Part shown: positions 18,671-30,850 of the stretch, one piece after another | Layout: each line of letters starts with the position of its first letter | Position numbering within the stretch: the stretch's first letter is position 1 | Source: Epithemia pelagica | Lineage: Eukaryota; Protista; Bacillariophyta | NCBI GenBank assembly: GCA_946965045.2 | Contig: OX337229.1 | Location: 2,914,001 to 2,978,000 of the forward strand | Direction: 5' to 3' | Length of the DNA stretch: 64,000 bases | The notes under the pieces: model-generated | Databases searched by the model: none | Told to the model about the DNA's origin: nothing | Seen by the model: the letters and a program-made list of their open reading frames with translations, nothing else | Position numbers and translations under genes: made by a program

Positions 18671-18902
18671 TAAGAGGAAACATCACCAAAACAGGCTGTC
18701 CACCTTTTTGAGTTTGGAGGAACGCACCAATCACCAATCCATCTTCTTCCTATCATCAACATCACACTCCGAGAATGAAGCTATTTTCAAGACTCCATAA
18801 ATGTTCTTGCAGAATTCACGGAGTCAAGGGTGGCTAGCATCAGGAGGGTGCCCTCGAGATATTGTAGTCATGCGATGACACATGCCTCCATCAGTTGATT
18901 GC

Positions 18903-19931
18903 TCAATCGTTAGATGAGTTATAAGAATGATCCATTCTCTGCGCTGCAGCTGTGGCAAACGGAGCATAAATGGGAGCTGTGACGGAGAGAGGAAGGTTCA
19001 TAGGTTGCTGAGCGTTCATGGCGACAGAATAAGCTGCTGTATGACGGGCCGCGGGAAGTAACAGGGCGACAGGTTGTATTTCACGTCGATGTATTCCTCC
19101 CTGATCTTCCATATTTTTCTCCTTCTTGTTTTTGTTTCCATCATTTTCATCAGGGAGCTTCTCATCTTGTGCCGCTCTCTTCCGTCGTACAGGGTTTATC
19201 ATTTGCCGGGATTGAAACACGCGTGCTTGCTTTCCTGCCCCGTCATCGTCACCTCCACTAAATGATGGAAGTCCCCACTTCTTGGCCCATTTTTGTCTCC
19301 ATCTTAGAACTGTTCGACCATCGCGGCCATACAATAAGGCAGCCCTTCCTGATGTCATCCCTGTTCGATCCATCATTTTGACCGCAAAACACTGTTCGAA
19401 CTCTGAGCATTCGCGAAGTTCCAAATACAAGTCTCCTCTCTTTTTCTGCACTTTGTATATTTGCGGTGGAGTCATGTCCATTGTCGGGAATATTTCTTTT
19501 GCCGTTTTCTTTGCCGCCTCCCACGATTCGAAACCAAACAACTGATTTGCAGCCGATGGATTCGCGACATGCCATTCGTCACTAAGCAAATAGTATCTGT
19601 TGAAACCCGCGAATTTGGATAGAAAGGTCCAGAAAACATGCTCTGGAATATCTTGAGCTCGCTCTTCTTCCTCTTTCTTCTTCTCTTCCTCTCTCTTCAT
19701 TCTCTCGGCCTTGATTTTTTCAAGTTTATCATCATCCAATCCAATCCATCCAACTTGATCCATGAGGTCCAGTATTTTTCTATCCTTTTCCTTGTTTTCT
19801 TTGTTTAGTTTCCGAACTTTTTCATTTAATGCCTTGACTTCTTCTTGAAGTATTCGGATATACTCTTTTTGTCCATCTTCGTTCCTTCTCGCCATATTGG
19901 TTCCATTATCCTCAATTCCTGACCCATCCAT
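18903..19931 (-). CDS. 342-aa protein: N-terminal coiled coil + Harbinger/ISL2EU-transposase-like HTH region, no DDE domain
   Basis: Intact ORF. SEFEQCFAVKMMDRTGMTSGRAALLYGRDGRTVLRWRQKWAKKWG resembles the HTH_Tnp_4-type helix-turn-helix that precedes DDE_Tnp_4 domains. Followed by basic PVRRKR and an A/P/Q/Y-rich tail instead of a catalytic core. Confidence 0.7.
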   Translation of the reverse strand: MDGSGIEDNGTNMARRNEDGQKEYIRILQEEVKALNEKVRKLNKENKEKDRKILDLMDQVGWIGLDDDKLEKIKAERMKREEEKKKEEEERAQDIPEHVFWTFLSKFAGFNRYYLLSDEWHVANPSAANQLFGFESWEAAKKTAKEIFPTMDMTPPQIYKVQKKRGDLYLELRECSEFEQCFAVKMMDRTGMTSGRAALLYGRDGRTVLRWRQKWAKKWGLPSFSGGDDDGAGKQARVFQSRQMINPVRRKRAAQDEKLPDENDGNKNKKEKNMEDQGGIHRREIQPVALLLPAARHTAAYSVAMNAQQPMNLPLSVTAPIYAPFATAAAQRMDHSYNSSND

Positions 19932-20185
19932 GGCTGCAAGTTGTCACGTTGAGTGTCCTTGAGGATGAAGGTCTAATGCGTTGCCTCGAACAAGAGGTTG
20001 CGCCTCTTGATTACGTGATGACGAATCGAGACGAAGTGCGCACTGTCTATTCTGGATCAAAATATCTTTGAGAACTACAGGAGTATCTCTATGTGCCTGT
20101 TCGTCGGGACTAACTTGAGTCCCACGTGTTCGTGTCTGAAAGATCTCAGCGGGCAGACAAAAAATCTTGAAATTGTTCTTCGACC

Positions 20186-21417
20186 ATGGCCTCAAATGTG
20201 TACCGCCGATTGGGTTCAGGGTTGCGACCGATGAACAAAGCGGGAAAGATTGCGAAGATCTTCCCTTTTCATTCGACACTCCAGAAGGGACTGACTTGCA
20301 GTGGCTTTGACGACTACTCCTACTCAACAACTACATGTGTCCAAGAACATGAAGAAACTCTTATCTCGACGCGACAGGAGGGATCACAGGAACGTCTAAA
20401 ATCCGATGGATTTCGTGTTCAACTTTCCAAGTTGATTTCTTCCTACAGCACGAATATGGCAATCAGTCGTAACGAAGCTGCACGTTTGATAGAAACCGGA
20501 AATGTCAAGTTCGCAGGTAAACGTGTCTCTTCACCCGGAATGTTGATCGACCCTTCGACGGCGACGAATGCGGCAATTCAGATCAACGGCAAGCCCGTTG
20601 TCCTCGATACCAGCATTTTCAAGAAGGGAGTAGATGAAAAAATTGGGAAAAGCCTTAGTCGCACTCGCGTATGGGTGGTGAACAAACTTGTGGGAGAACT
20701 TGTATCGGAAAGTGATCCGCACGGTCGTCCCTCCATGATTGCTCGTTTGATCCAACTCGGAATAGGAAAGAACCAGAAAGATAAAACGCGGTCACATCTC
20801 AAACCCATTGGGAGACTAGACATGTCCTCGGAAGGCCTTATGTTGGTCACCAACGATGGGGAATATGCCAGACAAATGGAATTGCCGAAAAATAAGATCC
20901 ATCGAACTTACAAGGTCAGAGTACACGGCCCCCTGACACCTTTTAAAATCACAAGAATTAGTCGAGGGATGACAGTAGACGGTGTGAAATACAAAGGAAT
21001 GAAAGTGCAGCTAGAAGAGCGCAGAGCGCGAAAGTTTTCGCAATCCACCAACCACTGGATCAGGCTAACCTGTGTTGAAGGGAAAAATCGCATTATTCGA
21101 AAGGCACTTCGCCATTTAGGGTGTAAGTGAAACCCTCTACCGCACGAGAAGACCGGGCCATCTGGTCATATCACTCGTTCTCACCACGCCTATTTTGGAC
21201 TGTTTGCCTTGCTCCAGTAACTGTGAATCGGCTTGTTCGCGTTTCATATGGGGACTATCATCTCCCATCCCTTCCTGCAGGTGGAGCAATGGAGGTAAAA
21301 GCCATTGCAATTCGTGAACAAAAAAGTCGTGGCCTCTTATTTCAAAGACAAAAGCGCCCAACGAAGACTGATGTAGAAGCTGAACCACCTGCCATTCAGT
21401 GGGTAAAATACCACTGA
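20186..21417 (+). CDS. RsuA/RluB/E/F-family rRNA pseudouridine synthase, probably organellar; intron 21123-21217
   Basis: S4 domain (RVQLSKLIS...ISRNEAARLIETGNV), VVNKLVGELVS, catalytic IGRLDMSSEGLMLVTNDG, then EGKNRIIRK and, after the splice, LTVNRLVRVSYG. Confidence 0.92.
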
Positions 21418-22012
21418 TTCTTTTTCTTTGTGATTCGTTCTACCTAGTCGATCTGGAGTGGCACCGGCCAATACTGACCATGTCTTTGGACTATTATTGT
21501 CGTGCTCCTAGATCAATGTTTGACGATCCATAGTTCATCCGAGTTCAACTTTGTGTACCTAGGATCTAGGTCACTGCACACGGCAGAATGTTGATCCAAA
21601 TCGAAATCTGGACTCACGGACGTGGATCAGCAATTGGACGAACGTGGGGACAACGACATCGTCAATTGTTGCATAGCGTGGGAACTTGGGAACATGAAAC
21701 ATGGAGTCGTGTGGTTGTGGTGCCCTAGGGAGGCTAGAGGTACGATCTACATACTACAATCGTGCGATCACGAACACGGAACTTGGGTGTTAGGGGTGCG
21801 TGTGCATGGGGGATTTCGCTAGATGTGGATGAACCAATATAAGCCCTGAGGTTCGCCGGGCGACAATCGCTCAGCGTGGACAAGACCGTCCACGTCCACG
21901 AAACGAGTACAGGTGCTCTGAAACCGTTGAAAGCGCTATTTTCAGACCAACCATAAATTTTGGCAACCGTTGGAGCTGCACAAGAGTCACGAAATACTGA
22001 ATATCGCGCAAG

Positions 22013-24552
22013 ATGAGTGCTGCTGCGCCAAAGGTGGATGGCGAAGCAGAGGACGCACCGATTAGAGACGAAGGCACGAAAGACGAGGATTCCAAGAATA
22101 TGAGGGAAGCATCCAACTTCGGTCAAGATGATGAATCAAGTCAAGCAGAATCAAGTGTAATGTCGGCATCGGCAATGCCGACGTTTACGTCGGGGGAGGC
22201 AGAATCAAGTGCCGTCATGTCTGCATCGGACTTACAACCACCCCGGAAGCGCGTGGACAGCGAGGACTTGACGAATCCAGATTTCAATGCTGGTAATTCT
22301 AGTTCAGATAGTGCATCCGAGTCATCAAATGAACGCTTTCAAAACGACGATGGGAAAAAGAAGAAATCGTCAAATTATCGATTCAAAAGGGGCGCGTTGA
22401 TAACTGGTAATGTCGATGAAGACACTTCTGACGTCGAGGACAATTCCGAAAAGGATGGCGAATCCAAAGGAGACATTGAGAGCGGGCCTCGTAGAAGCCC
22501 CCGAAGACCTCCTCGTACTACGCGGTCATTATGGCATGAAGCTAGTCTTGATTCAAGTATCGGTAATAACAACAGGGAAGGTGCAGCTGTTGTTGTTGAA
22601 GAAGAAACGATTGAAACTTCGGAGAAAAAGAAATCATCCAGCAACAGCAGCGACGATACTACGTCTTTTCTTCAACGATACCGAGGTGCTATTGCTGCAA
22701 TTGTAGTATTGCTTGTTGCGATTATCATCGTGGTTGTTTTCACCTCTGGTGGGGGTTCGTCTGGGGGTTCCGGTTCCTCAAATGAAGCAGCAATGTTTCA
22801 GATGCATGAAAAGATCAAAAATACAGTGAGTCAGATCACAACAGACGAGATTCTTTCCAACCATAGTTCGGCGGAGGCTCGGGCACTTAGCTGGTTGCTG
22901 GAGGACGACACGGTATGGACTCATCAACATGAAGACTTTTCAGAGGAGCGAATAGTTCAACGTTTTATCCTCGTCGCCTTTTACATGGCTATGGGCGGGA
23001 CTTCGTGGGATGCAAATAACTGGCTCCAAGGGGACGAATGCGGCGAGAGGAGTTGGACGTTTATCAGTTGCAATGAGAATGGCGAGGTTCGAGCGATGGC
23101 ATTCGGTAAGTTCATTTTCTGTGTAGAAGCGCTTCGTTTCTTTCATACCTCATGTGTTTCATCTGCAGATCATGTTGGGCTCGCCGGACAGATTCCGTCA
23201 TTCATATACCGCCTCGAACAAGTCGAAAACTTCATTATCAAGAAAGAGTCAAAGGTGTCAGGAAGTATCCCGCCAGAAATTGGACACATGCAGAAACTCA
23301 AACAACTTGGGCTCTATTACACGGCGCTGACCGGTTCGATTCCCCGAGAACTTTTCAAAGCCTCTAATCTAGTATTTCTCAATCTCCAGGATAACAGTTT
23401 GGTCGGAGGCATCCCAACAGAAATCAGCAACATCGCAGGCTTACAGACATTGGTATTGATGAACAATAAGCTTGGTGGAGAACTTCCATGGCAAAGCCTT
23501 GCTGCAAGCGGCTTGAGCTACCTTGGACTAAGCAACAATGAATTCCACGGAATCATTCCTGCCACCATCGCTGACTTTAAAACCCTGCATCATCTTTATC
23601 TCGATAACAATGGTTTCAGTGGTGAGATGTCATCCTCTGTTGGAAAAGTGACCAATCTGCAATCGATCAACCTTGACAATAACAAAGTCCGAGGGAAATT
23701 ACCAACGGAAATTGGCCTTCTTACGAACCTTAAGTACTTCTCCATGCAGTACAACGAGCTCACAGGACCACTTCCTGCGTCCATCAGACATTTGCGAGCG
23801 CTGGAAACACTGTCATTGGGTTCCAACAAACTATCCGGCAACCTGCCAGACATACGTACACTCAACAAGCTGCAATATTTATACTTGTTTGAAAATGAAT
23901 TCGGTGGTTCCGTCCCAACGTATATCTTCGATATGAAATCTCTCCGTACGTAACTATTGCAATGCCCGTTCTGTCTGCCTGGACTTTCCTCACAGAGAAT
24001 TTATTGCGATAAGGGGTTTTATTCTTGAGCTCGAACAAATTCAAGGGTGAGCTTGCCCTACCAAGCGTCGTGAACAATCAATTGATTGGACTGTACTTGT
24101 CTGACAACGAACTGGAAGGTGAACTCAATGCGAAACTATGCAATTTGCATTCTCTTCAAGCCCTTTTCATTGATGAGAATGGTTTTTCGGGAAACATTCC
24201 TAGTTGCATCAATGTTCTTGACCAACTAACGCAGTTCTACGCATTTAAGAATCAGCTCACAGGCTTTGTCCCTTTCGAGTTCAGTTCACTTCAAAGTATC
24301 CGTAAGTGCCTTTCTCATTGCTCCTTACAATTAACACATGTGGTCTCATGATTTCTTTGTAATTCAACTTCAGAGGGCATCGGACTGGAGGGGAATGACA
24401 TCGTCGGTAGGGTTCCTGATGGGCTGTGTAACACCGTTATCGATAGAGGTATTGAGTTTTGGGCTGATTGTGCTGGAGATGATCCTCAAGTGGATTGCGG
24501 ATGCTGTTCTCGGTGCTGTGAAGAGCCCGATGTATGCACCATACCAACGTGA
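22013..24552 (+). CDS. Type II single-pass LRR receptor-like protein; introns 23106-23168, 23946-24013, 24302-24373
   Basis: Acidic disordered N-terminus, TM helix (AIAAIVVLLVAIIIVVVF), LRR N-cap (ARALSWLLEDD...QRFILVAFYMAMGG...W...C), many LxxLxLxxNxLxGxIP repeats, terminal CAGDDPQVDCGCCSRCC. First intron is 63 nt and stop-free, so the ORF track reads through it. Confidence 0.92.
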
Positions 24553-25626
24553 AACAAATCTTATCCTTCACATTGACGATTCCACTATGGTTACGAAAGC
24601 TGATTTGAAGATTCTTTCTTCCTCGTGCTATTTTTTATGGGGATTCAATGAAGAGATGTGGCAACTAGTTTATTTTATACCTAGAACGAGCATTGTAAGA
24701 ATTTGATATAAGAGACATCGGGACGATCGCCATGAGCTCTCTCCTTCTATGGATTCAGTTTGTTTCTAGCTCTTTTTTCATTTTATTTGACATGCTGTTT
24801 TGGGGAGAGTCTTCTCAACAAGTTAGCGGTTGTCAGACTCTTGCTCTATACGGTGTGGTTGTGAACGGGGCAACTCCATGTAACACTCCACGAAAAGTTG
24901 GCAACACTAGAGTGGTGGGTAGAAGAACCATATCGGCCATCCCTCCTGAAGAAGAAACACAAAATCGTTAGGGAGCTCAGACGGGGAGGAAGTCATTTGG
25001 CGAAGTTGAGCTTACATAATCGTCAAAACCGAACACTTCATTCGGTTTAGGAGGTGGGGCCTTCGTAGTTGTTGTTGCGGCTCCTCGAACCGCTGTATCA
25101 GTAAGTTTCGACTGTGTCAATGCGGCGTTCCGCGCCCCTTGGGCTTTCGAAGCACCTTTTGGTGCCTCACGGCGTATAAGTTGGGAGAAGTATCCTCCGA
25201 ATGTCATTTGAATAATATTTTCTCTTGCTGGTAATGGTTTTGTTTCCTTTCAGTTTTGTGAGCACATCGACAAACCAAACACCAAAAACGCTGATGTAGA
25301 TGACACGGCGCAAGAAAAGAGAACCCAGCCCAGACGCTCTCCCCCCAAAGCGAACTCGTCGATAGGGGGATTCGCTTGGTGGGATTTGGGATTGGAGTGT
25401 TCCACGTTCCACGCGCCTTCTCTGTGACGCCTCGAACTCGAATCTAGAATGACGCGCGGACCTAACGTAGCTAGCTTTATAGCTACCTCTCCCGGCCTCG
25501 TACTGAACCATGGCAGGGAGACGGGAGTACCCTAAAGAAGTGAAATGAACGAGGAGAAGCTATTGTGTGGTTTGTGGTCCTTTCCAATCCTTCGACAAAC
25601 TACAGTTGATTCCAGAAAAGAATTTG

Positions 25627-25810
25627 ACACGTTGAATGAAAGAATTATGCGATTTCCTAAGAAAAAGTCGCTGTCAGAGGACCGACCAGGGTCCTCAGGG
25701 TCTACTGTTGAATCCGGAGAACAGAATTACACGTTGAATGAAACAATTATGCAGTTTCCTAAGAAAAGTCGCGGTCAGGGAAAACACGAGGAGCGACCAG
25801 GGTCCACAGG
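25627..25810. repeat. Degenerate tandem duplication (period 102 bp) of the SERINC 3' end
   Basis: ACACGTTGAATGAAA-AATTATGC-TTTCCTAAGAAAA-GTCGC...GACCAGGGTCC occurs from 25627 and again from 25729. The SERINC stop (25759-25761) has a homologous copy at 25657-25659. Confidence 0.85.
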
Positions 25811-27252
25811 TAAAGAAGAATTGCAGTCCATTGGCTGATCCCAATCATTGCCATGTTGACTCTTCCTACAGTTGGATTGGCCGCGTTGTTTTCATCCTCT
25901 TTGATTTCGGTGATTGTTCCCCAACCAGTCAATATCATGGCAACAAAGCAACAGATCAACGCCATGACAACGTTTAGTTTCCACACACCAGCACCAGCCA
26001 AACGACCGTTGGCCGCAGATGGCATGCTATCAGATTCTGTGACCAACCCAGTAGCAGGTCGATCTTCCGGATCCAGAAATGGTTGGTCGAGATTGACGCT
26101 GGTCGAATTTGATTCGGGACTGAGGCCGGTGACGGATCGAGCTGACTGAACATTGTCAATATTCAACCTCTCTTCGGCGGTCCACGAGAACCCAGTCCAC
26201 GCCAAACTCACAGCTGTGAGCGTAAGTCCAATGGCAATTCCCCACGCATCACTTCCTCCAAGTTGTGGATTGCACTGCCCATCCGGGTTTTTCGAAACCA
26301 TCGAATACGCCAAGTAGACAACGTACACGCTCATAATACTGCTGGTAAGAAGACTTCCGTCTGTTCCAGAAAGCTGGACAGCTGTGAACGCCACAAAACC
26401 GATGAGTGTCAGAGTGATGATCCACGTATTTTCCGAACAACCCGCAAAGTAGTGGTAAAGCAATCCAATTCCAGTCAACGCCAGAAGGTAAAAGATACCG
26501 CATGTGCATACAATAGCATGCAACCACGTATTGCCACTTCCATAGGACAAGCGATCTTGTTGATCTGCGCGGTCAATCCAATCTTCATTCCAATCGTAGG
26601 CAATATCAATAAGAATGACCTGTTGAAGAATCAAGAACAGTGCCGCCCCAAATCGTCCTACCCAAAGAAAAATACCAGTGAACCACGGCGAATTATTGAA
26701 GAAAACAGTGATTCCAACAAGAATCAAGTATATCGCGTATTTCGCTGGCCAGGCTTCTTTATTCAAAGTTGGTTCGGCATATGTTGCAATAGCTTGGACT
26801 GCAAAGAATATTAGGGCAACAAACATGGGACGGAAAACACCTGCATTTCCAGCACATTGGACCAGCAAATGTTGTGATTCTCCGTCATCACCGTAATGTT
26901 CACACGAATCATACCACGAATGGTATACCATTTTCCCCATGCCTGGTATGAAGCGATACATTCTCCAGAGGAATCCATCCGTCGTGACAATGGACGGGCC
27001 GAGTGAATATTGGAACCATAGAGCCAGAGCGGTCGCCGCAGTCAAAAGTAAAACAGAGCGCTTCCGTCCTGTTGTTCCCTCTGCGGTTGTCCCAAAACAA
27101 GATTGACAGAGGCTGCCTGCTGCTGTGCAGCAGCACCAGGTCAACCCCATCATTAACGACGAACTGATCGCAGAAGCCTATCAGGAGTATTGGACAACAT
27201 TCGTGAGAGCTACGCTGAAGGGAAAGGCTATCAGACGACGTATACGTACCAT
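25759..27252 (-). CDS. SERINC: Serine incorporator (SERINC/TMS1) multipass membrane protein; exon 1 is only ATG (27252-27250), intron 27249-27178
   Basis: N-terminal Cys cluster (WCCCTAAGSLCQSC), QVILIDIAYDWNEDW, GSLLTSSIMSVYVVYLAYS, YLWTLVAPRVFPDRDFS C-terminus. ATG|GTACGT...CTGATAG|GCT. Confidence 0.95.
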
Positions 27253-28269
27253 GGTCAAAACTGTCAGGGTGTGATTGAGAAATCAGTTCTTTGGATTAAA
27301 CGAATTCCATTCTTGTTTAGGCTGTATTGGGCACTTCTCAATCTACAGTGACACGACACTGGATCTTAATGTACCAACAATATTCATGTTCCACCTTTAA
27401 CCGACCGTTACCTGACAGCTAAAACGGAAACGGAAACAGAAGCGGAAAACAACTACTCCTACTCCTACATTAAGAGACACATAGACATAGCCTACCTACA
27501 ACCTCTACCTCTCTAGAGAGGAGTACTCGAGAGCGTTTGACGAGAGTCAAAGCAATCGAGTCGACCCTCTATCCTCTATCCCTCTTGCACACAGGGTATC
27601 AAAAACATGTTTGGGCCGATATGATGACTGACTGTCTCAGTTTGGGTATTGGTCACTCTTGGCGAACAAAGACTCTTTTGGTGCAACCCGAAGACGACCG
27701 TTTCACACGACATCCCCATGTCCCGGTTGCCCATTTCAAAAATTTGGGTGGTGGGGCGCTTTGCAAGACTTACGTCGATGTTCCGTGTGCGCCATGTGTG
27801 TTGTGTTCAAGAGCAGACACGCGCTAGCGTAACGAAAAAAACGGAATGCTATTTCGAATAGAAAACTCGATGAAAATCCGCGTATTTGGCGAATTCAAGC
27901 GCTGGGATTTACGTGGTTTTGCTTCCGTTGCACTTTTCCTCTCTCCCCGCTTTGTAGTGCCGCGTCGTCCTTGGAAGACGAGTAAAATTAACTTTCGCGT
28001 GCTTGCGTGCTTTAAAACGCTTATCTTCTCACCTTCTGCTCGTTGTTGTGCTCATCGGCCGGCCAGTTCATCCGAAGCTCTCTCCTTCTTGTTGGCGAAG
28101 CAACGAGAAGCTGTTTGATTCTTGGAAGACAAGTTACAAGAAGTGTGCTGAGCAGGATTAATCGCTTGAGACGGCTTCCATCTCCTTCTCATTGACTTCT
28201 TCCAGTTTCAAACCTTTCTGCATTGGATCATTGTTGGATTCGCCAATACGTTGAGTAAGAGTACCAACT

Positions 28270-30493
28270 ATGACCATGCTTCATCAGCATCATATTATTA
28301 TCTACACAACCTGTTACAATGTGCTTGATGGGTAAGTCAATCTGTTGTATCACATGCTCTTGTTTGGAGTGCAGTGAATCTGTTGTTTTGCTTGTTTGGA
28401 CTGCAATGCTACGTTTGAAATCTGTTTGTCAAGATACGAGAACCCACCTCATCCGTTGGGGCTTTGGAGCCCAGGAAACTTTGTAATCGTCTCACTTCCG
28501 AATCTCATGATCGATCATCTCACGTATCTATCTTCTTATTGCGTTGATTATGTGCCGCTTCTGTTGCTGACTAACACGTTTGTTGGATTCGTTCAGTGTT
28601 ACACTCACCATACGGAAGCTGGAACAAGAGATTCTAGCCGCCGGTCACTCAGTATGTATACTGACGACTCTGTCAGGAGATTCGGCCAACAGTCATTTGG
28701 ATGGTCAACACCCAAACCGCCGAGTTATGTTCATGGACAATGCTATCCCCATTCCATTTGTCCATGACCCAAACAATCCTGATCTCACATATCAGCTAGG
28801 ATTCAGTCTTAGCAAAAGTGTGCAACGGCAGCTGAATGAGTTCGACCCTACTCTCATACACATTACTGTTCCGGACTGCACGGCGCTTCATCTGATTGAA
28901 TACGCAAGACGCAGAGAAATTCCCATCATGGGAACTTATCATTCCAACATCCCAGAATACATGGATCACTACCCTGGAATGGGATGGTTAAAACCAATAT
29001 TGGGCGGATTTTTCCGTCATCAATACAACTTCCTCCAAGCGCTTTTTGTTCCCACGCCCTTTATCGAACGTCATCTGACAGATACTTACCAACTTGATCG
29101 AGCAACTCGACTGGGTATCTGGGGTCGAGGTGTGGATGTGGAGCGTTTTCATCCGGATCACCGTTTTGCTGCTGGTGGCAAGTTCCGAGCGCAACTGGGG
29201 TTGGAAGAAGACGACGTTGTCCTTTGTTGGGTGGGACGTCTCGTACCGGAAAAGCGTGTTGACATTTTCTGCGACACAGTTCGTCGATTGGATGCTGCAG
29301 GCCTTCGATATCACGCGATTGTTGTTGGCGCAGGCCCATGCGAAGAAGAGATCAAGACTCTTCCAAGGACGACCTTTTGTGGTTGGATGAATGCTGACCA
29401 ACTCGCTGTGGCCTACGCATCCTCGGATGTCTTTTTGTTTCCTTCGTCGGTCGAGACATTTGGTAATGTAACATTGGAAGCAATGGCTAGTGGTTTGCCT
29501 GTGGTTGTCGAAGGTGGATGTTCGGGCCATTTGGTGGAAGAAGGTGTTAATGGATATGCATGCCAAGCGGGCAACGCCGATGCCTTTTATGAAGCCACCG
29601 CCGAACTTGTTCGCGACAAAACAAAGAGATTGCTCTTTAGCAGAAACAGCCGTGCCAAGGCCATGCAGCTTGAGAAGCGATCGGTTGTACGTCGGATGTT
29701 GAACAACTACCAGAGCGTGTCCGATGAGTTTTATCACGAATATGGCGGACACCACGCCAACCGAGACAAGGCCTACAGTTTCTTTGCGGGAAATCACCCT
29801 CGACCCGTCTTGTTGATCATGGTTGAGTGGTTGTTTATTGTTCTCTTCCAGGTTCTTTGGAACATGTCCCAAATCTTTTTCTCGGTGCAAGATGCCATTC
29901 TACGCAGACGTGCGTCTTCGGCATCCGCCGTTCCCATTGTTACACCAAGTTTGCAGGTTCCCCAAGACTCGCCCAAGTCGTTGACGAAAACAGTCGTGAC
30001 AGACCATAGTGATGCAGGTAGCGCCAGTGGTTCCGAAGACAGGTCATCGCCGGCACCCAGTGAACCATCTTCCACACAAAGGGCCGAGAACTCGTCAAGC
30101 ACGAACAGCCGCTGGAAAAACATTGATGTTCCTACGTCAATGGCATTGTCATTTATCCGCTCCATGGAATTCATTTGTCGTTTGGAAAGCCATGTGCGTC
30201 ATGGAGTGTCGTCCTGCCGAAGTAAGACCATCCGGATTCGCAAGAGGAAACATTCGTTTGAAGTCTTCTCGAGAAAAGCCAAATCAGCGGAAATCTGTAG
30301 CGCAAAGACCCATACTCTGGACTCTTTGGATAGCAGCGCTCATCGACATGGTGGCAATTCTGCTGCTGTCAGGAGTCGTGGCGGTGGCAGCATGTCAGCC
30401 TTCAACATGAAAGAATGCCTTGACAGTGTCTATCGAGAACCCATCTCTTCGTCGTCCGGATCAGCGGACTCCAGTTTGGTGGAAGTTGTTTGA
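28270..30493 (+). CDS. GT4 (GT-B) glycosyltransferase, SQD2/mannosyltransferase-like; intron 28332-28596
   Basis: Exon 1 MTMLHQHHIIIYTTCYNVLDG|VTLTIRK; GTYHSNIPEY, IWGRGVD, VGRLVPEKR, DVFLFPSSVETFGNVTLEAMASGLPVV (E-x7-E). Intron has a CTGACTAAC branch site. Ser-rich C-terminal tail. Confidence 0.9.
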
Positions 30494-30850
30494 GTATGAA
30501 TCATTTGTGGACACATTGTGGCCCCACAGTTCCTGGTTGCCTTCTGTTTGTTTGCTTGTCCTATTTGGAATAGTTGTTTTGTTAACTACTAGCTAGTGGT
30601 TCATTTGTACTTCTGTTGAAAGCCATCTCCACCCATGGAACATATGGGGTGGAAACTTGCAGTTTTGGGCGAAGGAATGCACAACGCCAGTATAGCTCCC
30701 TGCAAACATGAGACATTCGATCCCTAGGACTGTAATGTGGCTTACAGGAAAAGAAGTTGGTGGTGCTCTTTTTGTCTTACCAATGCAGCAACAGTAATCT
30801 GTTCTTGAACAGCTTGGCAGGAAGTCCCTTTCGTCTAGGTAGTCGACAAT

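Noticed and set aside
24977-25511. Two short minus-strand ORFs (114 and 76 aa)
   Set aside because: No motif and no convincing splice join; they could be a small gene but I cannot support one.
28988-29890. 300-aa minus-strand ORF
   Set aside because: Antisense to the well-supported GT4 catalytic region.
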